A stretch of 64,000 bases of DNA from Octopus vulgaris (Eukaryota), in the NCBI GenBank assembly GCA_951406725.2, contig OX597814.1:92194001-92258000 (forward strand), written 5' to 3'. The notes beneath the pieces were generated by a model. The model saw nothing but the letters and a program-made list of their open reading frames with translations. It had not been told where the DNA came from and ran no database searches. Each line of letters opens with the position of its first letter. Within the stretch, counting starts at the first letter, position 1. Positions 45,788 through 59,500 of the stretch are shown piece after piece. The translations under genes and the position numbers were made by a program.

Positions 45788-46047
45788 GGTCACGTGGGAG
45801 CCACGTGAGCAAGCGAGGAGGAGTGAGGGACAGAAAGTGACAGAGTAATAGCATAGAATAGTGGGAGAAGGAGAGGTAAATGTATAACAGAGAGAAAAAG
45901 AGAGAAAAACGAAAGAGTAAAAAGATCGTATAGAGTGCGCATCAGAATTATTAAGATAAAACTTTGTTTGAAGAGGATGCATGGTTTTCAATCACATAAT
46001 GATATAAATAATCCATAAATATATGTGCATATATACATACATCTATA

Positions 46048-46091
<44 letters not shown>

Positions 46092-46302
46092 CATACATAC
46101 ATACATACATACATACATACATACATACATACATACATACAAACAAACAAACAAACAAACAAACAATCATGCATACATACATACATACATAAATATATAT
46201 ATATATTTATAAATGAGGGTGAAAAATTGATATTAATTTAATAATACCATTAATTTAACACCGAGTGGCTTAGCACAAAAAACTACGGAGAAAATACAAA
46301 TT

Positions 46303-46553
46303 TATACATAAATTTTTAGAGAGTTAACCATTATGTGGATAACTCTAGTGCTAAAAATAGCCCCGATAGTACAGCCACAGAAAAAGATGTTTTCAATTAG
46401 ATATAACATACATTTAACGGAAGGAAAGTGAAATATAACGAATAAATAGATTGACCCTGAACAAATTGTTTCATTACTAATGGCTGTACTATCGGGGCTA
46501 TTTTTAGCACTAGTTATCCACATAGTGGTTAACTCTCTAATAATTTATGTATA
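46303..46553. repeat. Inverted repeat: ~75-bp arms (46303-46377 / 46481-46553), 103-bp spacer
   Basis: gagagttaaccattatgtggataac(tc)tagtgctaaaaatagccccgatagtacagcca and its reverse complement. Confidence 0.93.
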
Positions 46554-46574
46554 TATATATATATATATATAAGA

Positions 46575-46975
46575 AAGTAACTTCGATTTGTTCGTGTTAA
46601 TAGTTGGGTCTTTTTTCATACATCTTTCTGGCAACGTTATGATTCTGCGCTAATGGAACGTCTGATCTTTTCAACGAAAATTGAAGTGCGTTTTCAGGTT
46701 GCCATAATTATTGAAATTTCTACCATTCAAAGAATTTTGCAAATTTCGAAATAAGTGGTAATCTGATGGTGCAAAATCAGGGCTATACGGCGGATGTGAC
46801 ATCACGTCACAGCCATGCTCCAATAATTTTTTCACGAGTTAGCAAAGACGTGTGATCGAGCGTTGTCACGGTGGAACCCGATTTTTTTACGATTTGTCAA
46901 TCCTGCCAGTTTCATTAGTTGTTGACTGGAAACATCTGAATTGATCGTTTGGTTCCTTGGAAGCAGCTCCAAGTA
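46575..46975 (-). mobile_element. Mariner (DD34D) transposase fragment
   Basis: FHRDNARSH...VMSHPPYSPDFAPSDYHLFRNL. Confidence 0.85.
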
Positions 46976-47069
46976 CACAATCATATATACATGTATGTAT
47001 ATATATAAATATATATACTATTTAGGGGAAGGGGTATGACCTCCGATTAGTTACTCAAAAAATAAATCT

Positions 47070-48295
47070 CAGTTTCTTTGCACCTTATGTAACACATTTA
47101 TGAATCTCCATATTGTACGGTGCTCCATTCCCAGCTTTGTTTGGAATTTTCTAATTGCTGCTTCAGCATGGCTATTTGTTCAGTCTTCCCCGAACAACGT
47201 CCTCTCGGAAACATTCCACATTTCATGGGGGAAGAATAAATGTATTCTACTATTTCCCCATCGGTTTCGTCTTCCAATATTGGTATATTCGAACCAATCC
47301 AGCTGTGCTGCAAGTTCTTCACACATATCTGCAGAGAGGGCGTCAATATATGTATCAATATGTGGAACAGGAACATATGGTAAACTGAATATCATCTTGG
47401 CTTTTAGTACAAAGGTAGCATCATTGTTTTGTATAGAAGTATAACTTATGGCAGATAACTTTATGTTCATACTGTGTGCTAAATGAAATAAACATCCACT
47501 TATTTCAACTTCTGAAAAAGCTTCGTTTATGGTTTTAAAGACTGCGTGTTTAAAGTCGCAAATAGTAGATGTTAGGCTTAGTGTTGGCGCGGCTTCTTTA
47601 AACATTTCAAACCTATTTGCATAAGTTAATCGCTGCTTGTTTGGCAAAAGAGTATAGATATCCAGGAAAACACCATGTAATTTCTTTGCAAGAATAATGT
47701 AAACTTGTGAAAATAATCTTGGTGCTATTTTAAAAGTTCCATCGGCATTCCAAGTATCAGATGAACATAAATGCTGCAGCCAACTTTCTCTCTTGAAAAG
47801 CAAAATTCTATGTAGTCCAGAACAACTATCACCGATCAGGAAATTTTCTTTTCTTTCTTCCTCAAAAATGTAAATTCTGTACTGGTGCAGCAACTCTAAC
47901 TCTTGAAAATCTACAGAACTGGGAGGTAGGGTGCTTAAGTCTCTCCTTTTGTGTTTTGTAGTTTTCCTCATTGCTGAAGCATCTGGCAATGATTCAAGTG
48001 TGACTTGAGATGTATTTGTTAATACTTCACCGACGACTGCACTTGGCGTTTCAACGGTGTCTTCGATACGACATCTCAAGGCTGTGTGCACTTTAGCCAC
48101 TTCTATATTAACTGCAGACGAATTATGGGGATGCTTGATAAGTGTACCGAAGTTGATATGAATCCTTGCATTGCACCTAGAACCTTGATCACAACACCAA
48201 AATTGTATATTGTCACTCTTACAAAACTTATCAAATACAATAAATGTTCTTCGTCTGCAATTTTTTTCTTTTCCTCTTTGGCTAAGAATTTCCAT
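47070..48295 (-). pseudogene. Mutator-like (MULE) transposase with N-terminal FLYWCH-like zinc finger
   Basis: MEILSQRGK...FWCC...CNARIH...HPH; WNADGTFKIAP.LFSQVY; LLPNK; CDFK; GCLFHLAH; an in-frame stop at 47180 is followed by TNSHAEA...HRTIWRFI. Confidence 0.88.
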
Positions 48296-48789
48296 TTTGG
48301 ATCTGAAGAAAAAATTCAATATATATTTGCGAATCCAACTTTCAAAATGTCTACCTCTTAATGTCGATCTCAAGAGCTGTAGCTGCCAACATCGGTGGAA
48401 AAACATGAATTCTTGATTTTCCTTCTTTGAATGGTTTAGAGCAACCTAAATACATTCGACACAAACTAAATAGGCCGTTATGACCAATAAATTGCTGTGA
48501 CAAACTGCTAAATTGAAATTGAAGAATCTTGGGCCGATCATGAATCAAGCAAATCATTGTTCCGTGACGCACACGCACGCACACACACACACATACATAG
48601 GTATATATATATATATATATAATATCATTTATAAATTACTTGCAAAAGTTCTGCATTTTTTATTTATTCAAGCCTTGTATTAAGATGATTCTTTTTTATA
48701 AATTTCTGATAATGTTATAAAACGAATAAATTATTTATTAATCGATTTATTAATCAATTATTTATTAATCAATTCATAAAGCGAGTGTG

Positions 48790-50184
48790 AAATCTTATCA
48801 GCAATTATCTATGCACGTTTTTCCCTTCCACTTCAACTTCAGTGGTAAAATGAAACAAAAACTGGCCACCAAGCAATCAGTGTAGTGCTCGTCCTGGATT
48901 AGACCTGGAAATTTTCTGGAAATTCCGCCTACTTCAATCATAACTTTGGTTTCATTTATTTTTCCATCAAACAAAAGACAGGAGAGCCCTCCTGATTCTT
49001 TTTCTTGCTGATCAGATATCTCACTCATTACTTTTCTTTTTCTAGCGTATTATGATCTATAACCAAGGATGAGTCTTGACTGTTGAGGCCTGCATCTATC
49101 TAAGCGGCAGTGTCAATTTCAGCAGCCTCACGGAGTCCAGTATGGTGACGAATACTAGCTAATGCAAAGTTTGAAATGTCTCTTGTATTGTATTTTTCTG
49201 TTTTTGGTATAGCTTCAGAAGATTCTTTAAAAGTTTCATCTGACGTTACTTCATTTTCTTCAAAAGAACTATCAAAAAATTCATAAACGTCACAACAGTG
49301 CTGTTCTTTCCTTTGCATAACTTCACTCTTCATTTTCTCTTTCTCTTCCCTCTCTCTGACAAGGTCTTCCCTTTTTTCAGTAGAAATCTGTCTCTTACTT
49401 TCTTTATAATCAGTTGAGCCGATTTGCATACTGCCTTGGCCTCCTGCCTTTGTCCTCCGTGAGGTTATGAAATCTAGCTATAGAAAAGGTATTTTCATTT
49501 CACAAGGGCAACAACAGTCTATGCGGGAATGATTTCCTCTCTTAACAGTGGGAGAACAATCCTCATTTGAACACAAAACTATGGAACACTTGCAGTTCAA
49601 AATATTGAACAGTGTATCAAGTGAGTGTAGAAAAGCATTTTTCATTGCCAAGTTTCTTTTACCAAGTGATCTGTATACTGCTTTCCGCCACAATCCCATT
49701 AGTCTAAGCTCAATTACTCGACACTTTATGATCACTGGCGGTTTGAATTGAGGATTAGCTTTTGTCCACTGGCACAACCCAAGTCTTAAAATGCCTCTCA
49801 CTATTGGAAGTTCTGATACAGGAAGCTCTTTCCCTGTACCAATTAACGTGGACTCTAGTCTTTAGCGTTGACATCTTGTGAATATCTGAAAAGAGTAAAA
49901 ATTCATTTAACCAATTCATTTAACCAAGTAAAAGATAATATAAGATTCATTTAACCAATTAAAATAAAATATAAGAGTAGTTGAGTTTAATCAGTTTTCC
50001 ATATAAATGTTCAGTTACTGATTTAAAACAACACCATTTTGAAAATTTAGGATAAAATTGATGTAGGGTAGAGTTATTTTAATCCATTTTGGTATATATA
50101 TATCTGAAATCTGAAAGTAAAAAGGCACCATAATTTCACAACCAAATTAGACTTTTAGTAAGTTATTAAAATTGACACACCCTA
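48790..50184 (-). mobile_element. hATm-like DNA transposon, 5' part with decayed transposase
   Basis: Minus-strand end TAGGGTG at 50184; LDTLFNILNCKC...C.CP.EMKIP..., MQIGSTD, NFALASIRH...AA.I..AA, LVID, LFDGK...EHY. Family assignment is from recall. Confidence 0.55.
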
Positions 50185-50258
<74 letters not shown>

Positions 50259-50260
50259 AT

Positions 50261-50600
50261 GTTAGAGCGTCGTGCTTAGGATCATGAAGTTGTGAATTCG
50301 ATTCCCAGACAGGGGCTGCGTGTCGTGTTCTTGAGCAAGATACTTTATTTCACGTTGATCCAGTTCACTCAGCTGTAGAAATGTGTTGCGACGTTACTGG
50401 CGCCAAGCTGTGTTGGCATTTCCCTTGGATAACATCGGTGACGGGGAGAGGGGAGTCTGGTATACATTGGCGACTGCTGGTCTTCCATAAAATAAACCCT
50501 AGGCTGTGTTCGCCGGTGAGGCGAGTTTCCACCCAGACTTGTACCCCAGAAGGGAACCTCTCAGGTGCACCCATGGTCATTCGTGACCGACGGAGTCGAA
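50261..50600 (+). mobile_element. tRNA-derived SINE family C
   Basis: gttagagcg...gaattcgattccc (B box)...gtgttcttgagcaagatacttta...ccagttcactcagctgta; copies at 57198-57530, 38130-38400 and 62760-62995 (minus strand). Confidence 0.8.
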
Positions 50601-50607
50601 TTATATA

Positions 50608-52375
50608 TCTTTTGTACATAAAGTTGTAACCTCTGTCCTTGGGTTTCTTATTGAACTCTTCCTTGGATTTTGGAGATAGACCCCCATAACCATATATATT
50701 CTGAAACTATATTACCCCGGGCACTTGGATAAGTATATTTCATTTAGATTAAGGAGGTCCCCGGGGAACACAACCACCCCGATCCCCCATTTTTCCCATT
50801 GATTCAAATGGAATTTAAACCATAGCTAAATGAATAGAAATGATGTCTATACCCAAAATATTAGCAAATTTCAATAACATTAAGATACTCTAATGGGGGC
50901 TAAACCCCCTTATATTGCAATTTTTGGAAGCCCATAACTTGAGTATTTGAACCTCTATTATCTCGGGCTTTTTAGCCTCTGTCTAATTGTTTGTTATTGA
51001 ACTCTTCCTTGGGTTTTGTAGATAAAGCCCCAGAACCATATATATTCTGAAACATCAACCAGGGTAATTGGTTAAGTATATTTCATTTTGATCAAAGGGG
51101 TCCCTGGGGGCACAACCCCCTTCCCTCCACTAAAATTTTTATAGGGTTTTGGAGATAGGTCCCCATAACTCTATGGAAGACCTTAACTTGAGTATTTGAA
51201 CCTCTATTTTCTCGAGTTTTACAATTAATTAAAGATAAAACAACAAAATCACCTCTCTTTTATAGAAAATTCATATTTTATCATATTTTAATTTACATAT
51301 TTTATCTATGACAAACAATTACTAGAATTATGTTAAGAAAAATTATTAGTGAATGCCTCTATTTTTAACATTTTCTTTTTCTTAACTTTTCTTCAGACAC
51401 CCATTATGCCACGGAAAAGAAAGTCCACGCGCACAAGGCATAAACCTTCCGTCAATCTAAAAGATGTGATGCAAGGGAAGAACGACTTTCTAGGCACAGC
51501 CAAAGACAAAGAGTGTATCGCGAATCTGAAAGCTCTGATACAAGGAACGAATGACTTTCTAGACAAAGACAGAAGCAAACAGAGTCTCGGCAAAATGAAA
51601 CCTTTGGCAAGCGTTCAGAAAGACAGGAGCAGGATATATTTTGCTATGTATTGGCAAGAAGCAATTAGTCTGAAGAAGAGATACAACAGCGTTTGATTGT
51701 TAATAGAAACAGGTATCAAAATTTAAGACAACGTGAGATTCAAAATGCTAAACCTTTTGCATTAATGTATGACAAAAATGACTCATGTAACAAGGCTGTA
51801 ATTGGAGAAATGGCCAAACTTTGTTAGTGTGGCGCCAAGAAATTTACTGGAGGATCACCAGGAATGTGCTGAGGAAATGGAAAGGTTATATTGGGTCCAT
51901 TTCCACCTATGCCTCAGTTATTTCTAGAATTGTTCACTGGGGAAATTCAATTCGGCAAACATTTTTTGTCAAGGCTCAGGGAGTATAACTACTTGTTTGT
52001 CATGACCAGATTTGGTCACGTAAATACATCTGTAAGAACCCAAGATCAAATTTACCATCAACTTCGGGTAAGAGAGAACATGGTCGGTGTTTTAATGCAC
52101 CAGCATGGGTTGAAGTCACAATTTTAATGTCAAAAAAGCCTCCAGGAAATAGAGATGTTTTTCAGTTGAAACCAGGTGGATTGAGAATTTCAGTTACATC
52201 GATCCTATGATCCTTTAATGTATCCATTGTTCTTTCCATAAGGAACATACGGTTACCACATATATTTGCAAGGGAGAAATTACTACCAAGGAACAGTGAA
52301 ATATCTCGATTGGAGGATTTCGCGACTCACCAGTTATGCTACTTAATCCTGAACAACGCTATGTATGCCTGCTAG
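50608..52375 (+). mobile_element. Deleted Helitron with Rep N-terminal zinc-finger fragment and internal ~345-bp repeats
   Basis: A|TC start at 50608, CTAG|T end at 52375; IGEM..LC*CGAKKF...PGMC*GNGKV...KHFL..LREYN.LF.MT.FG; HRSYDPLMYPLFFP*G..GYH; repeats at 50650 and 50994. Confidence 0.8.
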
Positions 52376-53176
52376 TATATTATATATAATGTAATGTGTA
52401 TGTGTGTGTGTTTGGTTTGTTACGTAGCAATGTTGTTTTGATATACATTTTACATTTTATTAATTGCCTTATTTCTTCCTGATTTGTTTTGACCAAAACA
52501 ATATTTGATTTACTTTCTATTCTTCAATTTATATACCTAGTGTTTCTGCGAAGATTTATTCCCTTCGGTTTGAATATGTTTGTTGCCATGTGCAAGTGGG
52601 ACAGGTCAGTTCTTTACTGATTTTTGTTTATTCTGCAGTTTATTGATTTCTGTTTTCGTAACAATTTTCCGTTTATATTCTTTAATCACTATTGTCTTCT
52701 ACATTTAATTTTGTTTTATATTAGTTATAGTTATTAGTCCTTATAGTTCTTTAGATACGAATGTGATTGCAGTTATTTCCCCCTATTTTCTACAACTCAA
52801 TTTACGCGATTTCTATATCTGTTAGCTGCAGTTTTTTGACGAATTATATATGTAGGTTTGAAGTTTGCATTTATGCTTTTAACTATTAGCAGGTGTCGAT
52901 CTAATGAACACATGGAGAATATATTTGGCTCCTACATCTTGCCATCTATTCTGAAACAAGATTTATAATTATAATGCTGTTGAAATCACCAATTTGAATG
53001 GTAAGCGCAGGTGTCGAAACACCATGATACCCGTTAGGTAGGTAAAGAATTTGTTTATTGGAAAATCATTTTTGCAGTTGTCCACTATTCAGATTCTGCT
53101 ACTAGTAAAAGCTATTCAAATTTTCAGGGAACTTATAAGTCATATTGCTGCATATACATATGTGTGCGTTTATGCA

Positions 53177-53231
<55 letters not shown>

Positions 53232-53296
53232 ACTTATCTCTATCTTCTATCTATCTGTGTGTGTATTTGTATGTATCAGACAGGTAAGCGGTATAA

Positions 53297-53527
53297 GCGG
53301 CGAGCTGGCAGAAACGTTAGCACGCCGGGGGAAATGCGTAGCCGTATTTCGTCTGCCGTTATGTTCTGAGTTCAAATTCCGCCGAGGTCGACTGTGCCTT
53401 TTCATCCTTTCGGGGTCTATAAATTAAGTACCAGTTACGCACTGGGGTCGATGTAATCGACTTAATCCGTGTGTCTGTCCTTGTTTGTCCCTTCTGTGTT
53501 TAGCCCCTTGTGAGTAGTAAAGAAATA
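53297..53527 (+). mobile_element. Full-length SINE family B copy
   Basis: gcggcgagctggcagaaacgttagcacgccggg...gagttcaaattcc...tttcatcctttcgggg...agccccttgtgagtagtaaagaaata. Confidence 0.88.
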
Positions 53528-54746
53528 TGTATAAGCAAAATCTATAAGATTACATAATATATTATACATCTCTCAACTCATCAGTTTATTTGAGCTTCAG
53601 CCTGCTCAAAGAAACAATGAGCAGTGACATGTTGATTAATCATCAAATTATATCAACAGGTGAAATTTCTAATCAGAATTACCAATATTGAAGAAATATA
53701 AGGTGAATGGGACTACAACCTCTCCAATCAATGAGGGTTGATAGCAGGGTGATGTTGTAAATTGAAGAACAGTTAAACGCATTTATATGCAACGCTGTCA
53801 ATAAACTTAGCAACCTCATTCATCGAATCTATTGCTGGCAGAATATACTTGTATGTTGGTGGATAGTAAGTACCACGAGTGACATCAAAACATGTTCAAA
53901 GAGTAACCACCGACCTTATTCATAAAAAGCATTATTGTTATATTATTTTGATGTTATCTACATTAACTATTGATCTGGTTCAAATAATCCAGCTTTACTT
54001 AGTCACTCTCTTACTTCGCTAATCGTAATAAAGGTATTTAGAATACTTGTTTCAGAAATAATAGAATATTACCTGAATCAATAAAGCATCATATAATTAA
54101 TCATTCCAGGAGAATGGCATTATGAAAACCATAGTTTAACAATGGTCCCTAGAAATTTCAGAGGAGTGAGAAGGAAAAGAATAACATACAGGAAAAGGAA
54201 AAGAATAAAAGAAACAGAAAAAAATAAATCAAATAGAGAGACAGGGATCAACTGAATACCAGGAAAGCAGTATGATCATAAACGAATAATTATGCATCGT
54301 AGACTAATGGAAGTATTATAGGCAATATTCAGTGTTCACATAAAAATATATAATTGTAAACTTAAAAAATTATTTTAAATATCAGATTTACAGATATCAG
54401 TTATTTGTCTGCGAAGATGTTACGAGTTGAAGGTCAGAAATGGTACGGAATGAAAAACAGAACCGATATTCAGAAAAGACCTTACAGAAACATTTACCTA
54501 GCATATCCAGTAACCAATACCATCACAATATTATTTAGAATAAAGCGAATCAATTAAAGCCATATATGTTCAGCAGATAGGAAATACATTTCTATAATTA
54601 TGTAAAGAGTTTGGATGTAATAAAAAAAGGAGTTTATGAGGATTAAATTATTGTATTACTGCATCGATCAGACTATCAGATATTGCTGTATACCACTGGT
54701 CACAATGCGCTTTCTCACATTGTTATAGCGTGCATGCCATATTAAC

Positions 54747-54778
<32 letters not shown>

Positions 54779-54924
54779 ATGTATGTATGAATGTATGCTT
54801 GTATGTATATATGTATGCATGTATGTATGAATGAATATGTGAATATATATATGCATGTATATGTGTATATGAATATATATGTATGTGTTTACAGGTTATA
54901 CATACATATGTATATATATATATA

Positions 54925-54963
<39 letters not shown>

Positions 54964-55354
54964 ATATATCGATTATACATACAGGCATACATGTGGTAAG
55001 TTGGGTGAGCCGGTGCAAAGTAAAAATAACATTAAGAATTAAAATGAAAATTTTGAAATTAAGGAACAAAATTATATTAACGTGAATTCGAAATTTGAAG
55101 CTCGTTTAATTGTACTCAAAAATTTGAAAATTTTTATATTTATCTTAATTCTTGTTTTTACTGTCACATTAATTTTTGAAAACGTTTCATTATTGATATT
55201 TAATCATTTTCTAATTATTCATTTTCAAATAATTAATTTCTTACCAATAATTGTTTTAACTCTGCAAATTTAGTTTTCAGTCCATTAATATTTTGATTTA
55301 TAAATTCAATTTTATTTCTTATTCTATATTCTATAATACTTTTATTCAATATCG

Positions 55355-56456
55355 TATTACGTTTAGAGCAAAATCGATAGTGTTTAGCAAAGAGTTAGCA
55401 ATAGAATGGAATAGATTAGAGGGCGAACTAATCAATAAATTAAAGGAGGCGATTAAAAGGGGCATTTCGACCGATATGTTAGCGGCGAGAAGGACCCTTG
55501 ACCATTTATTCGAAGCGAGACACAAAGGTTGCGTTTTAGGTTTGCTCAAATAGGAAGGAACTAAAGCTGTCCGATGGGCTCGACAGTGGAGGCGCGACGT
55601 GGAAACAAAACCATCGGATGGCGTCGTCGGACGCTGGACTGACGAACCAGTTAAAGTGTTCGGGATCTGATTTGATCTTGACCTCCAGGTTGATAAGACA
55701 ATGTGGCGAAAAGGGTGGCCAGTCTTACCCAGAAGTAGGCTGGAAGAAAGCTGTCCCTGAAATGTCGAGCAGAGATGGCGAATGATTACTTATCCTTTAT
55801 CGCCTGACCGTCGTGCCTTGTCCCGGTCACTCCTTGACCAGGCTGAAGCGTCTCATATTTCAATTCTTGTGGAAGGGACGCGTTCCAATGGTCAGGGGGC
55901 CAGTCTGTTGCCAGCATCCTCTGAGTGGCAGATTAAGTTTACCATGGTTCCTAATGCGCAGACACGCGCTTAGGTTACACCACCTACACCGATTTCTGGA
56001 CGATGGGCGTGTTTGGGCTCCGTTTGTGAGGCTTGTCTTTCTGCAGCTCATCTCCTTGACAGAGCTGCACTCATGGGTGACGAAAAACCCGAGACTGGGT
56101 GTCTGGCACCTAGAATGTCGTCAGGCGCTCACAACCCTCTACCAGTCGGATGGTACTTCTCTAAGTGTAGACATGTGAGTCGTAGAGAAGGAACTGGAGA
56201 GGACACTTACTCCAAGAATTTCAAGGAAATCTCGGACAGTGGGGTTCCTCGATTATCCCTGGAGGCGTTCTTGCATCAGGAGGGCCACATCTCTATCATC
56301 CTCCGCCTTTTTTTTTACCTTTTGTTTGTTATGTGTATGTCCTTTCTTTTCCAGTGTATACCGTGCATACTGCATTTTTTTATTATTATTTCACTATGTC
56401 TGTATTGTCTGTATTGTCTCCTTCATCTTTCACCCTTGTGGCAAACAAATGAAATC
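55355..56456 (+). mobile_element. Older Tx1-clade LINE subfamily, internally deleted, ending in (ATC)n/(ATT)n
   Basis: GRWTDEPVKVFGI*F, RKLSLK.RAE.AN, LKRLIFQFLWKG...RRHALRL...VWAPFVR..F.QL.S..EL.SW....P..G.WH.ECR.AL is homologous to 24840-25020. Confidence 0.85.
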
Positions 56457-56472
56457 ATCATCATCATCATCA

Positions 56473-56536
<64 letters not shown>

Positions 56537-57132
56537 CACCATCATTATTATTATTATTATTATCACCATCATTATTATTATTATTATTATCACCATCATT
56601 ATTAATCAATCAGCAAGGCTCTGGGAAGAATCGCCAGCAAAGCACTTAAAACTACAGTTACTTGGAAAGGATAATGAATGAACGGGCTGTTCAGCACACT
56701 GTTCCTAAGGAAATCTACAAATTAATAGTTCTTAGAATGTTTTCTATGTTAATTCTTTCAATCTATCCATCTATCTTTTTTACGCATCTTTCTTTCCCCC
56801 TCTTTGTCTCCCTCCCTCTCTCTCTTTTTCTCTCTCTCCCTCTCTTAATATATGTATGTATGCATTTATTTGTTTTTAAAACGACACTTCTACCTTAATA
56901 CTAGGTGAATATAAGACCAGCATTCCATAGAATATAAGCAGTAACGCTACTACCTAGAACTGAATACCAATACAGGAGGTTCGTTTCAATTAGTTCACTT
57001 CGAAAACGTATTGAGTGATGGGCCCTTGAAATTTCAGTCGAAACATATGTAGATGAGATTTATACGCTGTAGAAAACTTTTACGGTTTGGGATATCAATA
57101 AAGTCTCCACTATCTTCTTCGTTATCAACTAT

Positions 57133-57197
<65 letters not shown>

Positions 57198-57199
<2 letters not shown>

Positions 57200-57530
57200 C
57201 GCATGGCTCTGTGGTTAGAGCGTCGAGCTTACGATCGTGAAGCGAGTTCGATTCCCGGACCGGGCTGTGTGTTGTGTTCTTGAGCAAGACACTTTATTTC
57301 ACGTTGCTTCAATTAACTCAGCTGTACAAATGAATTGCGGCATCGCTGATGCCAAGCTGTATTGGCCTCTTCCTTTGCCTTGGATAACATCAGTGGTGTT
57401 GAGAGGGGAAGCTGGTATGCAAGGGCGACTGCTGGCCTTCCACAAACAACCCTGCCCGGACTTGTGCTTCGGTGGGTAACTTTCTAGGTGTAATCTCATG
57501 CTCATTCATAACCGAAGGGAGTCTCCTCCT
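57198..57530 (+). mobile_element. tRNA-derived SINE family C
   Basis: gcgcatggctctgtggttagagcg...gagttcgattccc; similar to 50261-50600. Confidence 0.82.
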
Positions 57531-57924
57531 TATATATATACACACAAATGGGGCTTAAAGTTTACGGCAACTGTTTCGGTAGAAGTTAACTGATCTATTC
57601 ATAGATTACATCATAGCATATAATCCAACATTTGATCCAATTTTCCAAATAGGTATAAAATGGTGAAGTAATAACTTGTTGATGAATCCAACCAACATTA
57701 TTCGAAAAGTGGTAATTTAGAAAGCGACTTTCGAATTTATAGAGAAATTACACGGAAAGGCTGTAACAGACATGCGAGAAGTAGAGAGATCAAACTACTC
57801 AATTATTTGGTTATAACAGGCATGTGAGAAGCAAAGAAATCAAACGGCCCTATTATTTCAAAACAGTTATCTCAATTAGTAAGCAAAACTGGCAACACAA
57901 ACCTCTTTATATCTGTTTAGAATT

Positions 57925-57992
57925 TTACCTGAAGATGGTGAATTATATACTATTATGAATACAATAAAAGTATACCGAAAGAGTTGTCGTAA
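57925..57992 (+). ncRNA. Type I hammerhead motif in a PLE-like 3' fragment (57541-58200)
   Basis: ttac CTGAAGA t ggt...acc GAAA g agtt GTC gtaa. The inverted partial copy at 57541-57581 reads accGAAAcagttgccgtaa and supplies the missing C15.2. Confidence 0.65.
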
Positions 57993-58222
57993 GTTTTAAA
58001 CCGCGTTGGTGTTTTTTTACACTTACGCCGCCCCTAGACCCGTCTCTCAGTCGGATCTGCGCTTTAAATTGGATTTAGAACTTACATGCCTACAGTAACC
58101 GACTAACACCTGATACGTTCATAATTGTTTTACCTCACAGTGACCTCTATTTTATTGCACCTGACTATTTCTGGCGTCTTGCATGTCAATGTGCCTAGAT
58201 TCTAATGAATTTTATTACTAAT

Positions 58223-58310
<88 letters not shown>

Positions 58311-58380
58311 GTAGGTAGGTAGGTAGGTAGATAGATAGATACAGCTGTAGACAGACAGACAGATAGATAGATAGATAGAT

Positions 58381-59184
58381 ATGTTTCTTTATTAGCCACA
58401 CAGGGCTGCACACAGATAGAACAAATTACAAGGTAGAGCTTTTCTTTTGAAGGTTTAAAAAAAAAAAAAGAAGGGAAGGGGGAGTTTCGATCAAAAGGGA
58501 TCGTAAAAGGAGAGAAAGAGGACAAAAAAAGGGGGGTTAAAAAAAAGGGGGAGAGGAAAAAAAAATTGATCAATAGGGATCGTTATCACAGAAATGTCAA
58601 TATGAAGTGTAAAGGGGAGGACAGGTGAGGTTTACCCGTGGAAAGAAAAGCCTACGGAAAAGACCACGGTAACCTCGGTCAATGGTGTCACATGTTATAT
58701 TTCTTTTTTTTTTTTTTTGGCGAATAAGCAACTCTCTGTTTTCAATTTCTGGGTTCATAGGATCATGCTCAAGGTGGCTTCGTCATTCATACGTGCCATT
58801 CTTGCTACATTCACCCATCTTTTTTTAAAACATTCGCTAGACAAAACTTGCCTCTCTACTCTCACTTTCCTTTTCAAGTGGTACTTGAAGAAGTTGATGA
58901 GAGATTGACCAGAGAGGAAAGTGTTTGTCTCCAATCCTTTCAGACGCGTCCACCAGATACATTCTTTCGCCATAGCCACAAGGATTATGAAAATAGCTCT
59001 TCCTTCCCGTTTGAAGGAAGGAGGCGTGACAATATTGACGATAGACTCAGCTGATAAACCGACTCGTCCCACACGTGACAGCAGTTGTTCGACATAAGCC
59101 CACAGGTCGGAAATTGTTGGACACTGCACGAGTGCGTGCAGAACGGTTCCGTCGCTCTGACCGCATCTCGGGCAGGTCGGCCCC
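58381..59184 (-). mobile_element. Young Tx1-clade LINE, copy 3
   Basis: Nearly identical to 23763-24588; translation of 58755-59129 is identical to the end of copy 1; (GATA)n at both junctions. Confidence 0.93.
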
Positions 59185-59267
<83 letters not shown>

Positions 59268-59312
59268 TAGATAGACAGATAGACAGACAGACAGGCAGGC
59301 AGGCAGACAAAC

Positions 59313-59386
<74 letters not shown>

Positions 59387-59456
59387 GCAGGCAGGCAGAC
59401 AGACTAACAGACAGACAGACAGGCAGGCAGGCAGTCAGACAGACATACAGACAGAC

Positions 59457-59500
<44 letters not shown>

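Noticed and set aside
46514-46522. TTATCCACA (bacterial DnaA box), also in the opposite arm
   Set aside because: A chance 9-mer duplicated by the inverted repeat in eukaryotic DNA.
52400-54400. Possible additional LINE remnants (TCPTC on the minus strand near 52600; VQR.T.LI near 53900)
   Set aside because: Motifs are too short and decayed to support a call.
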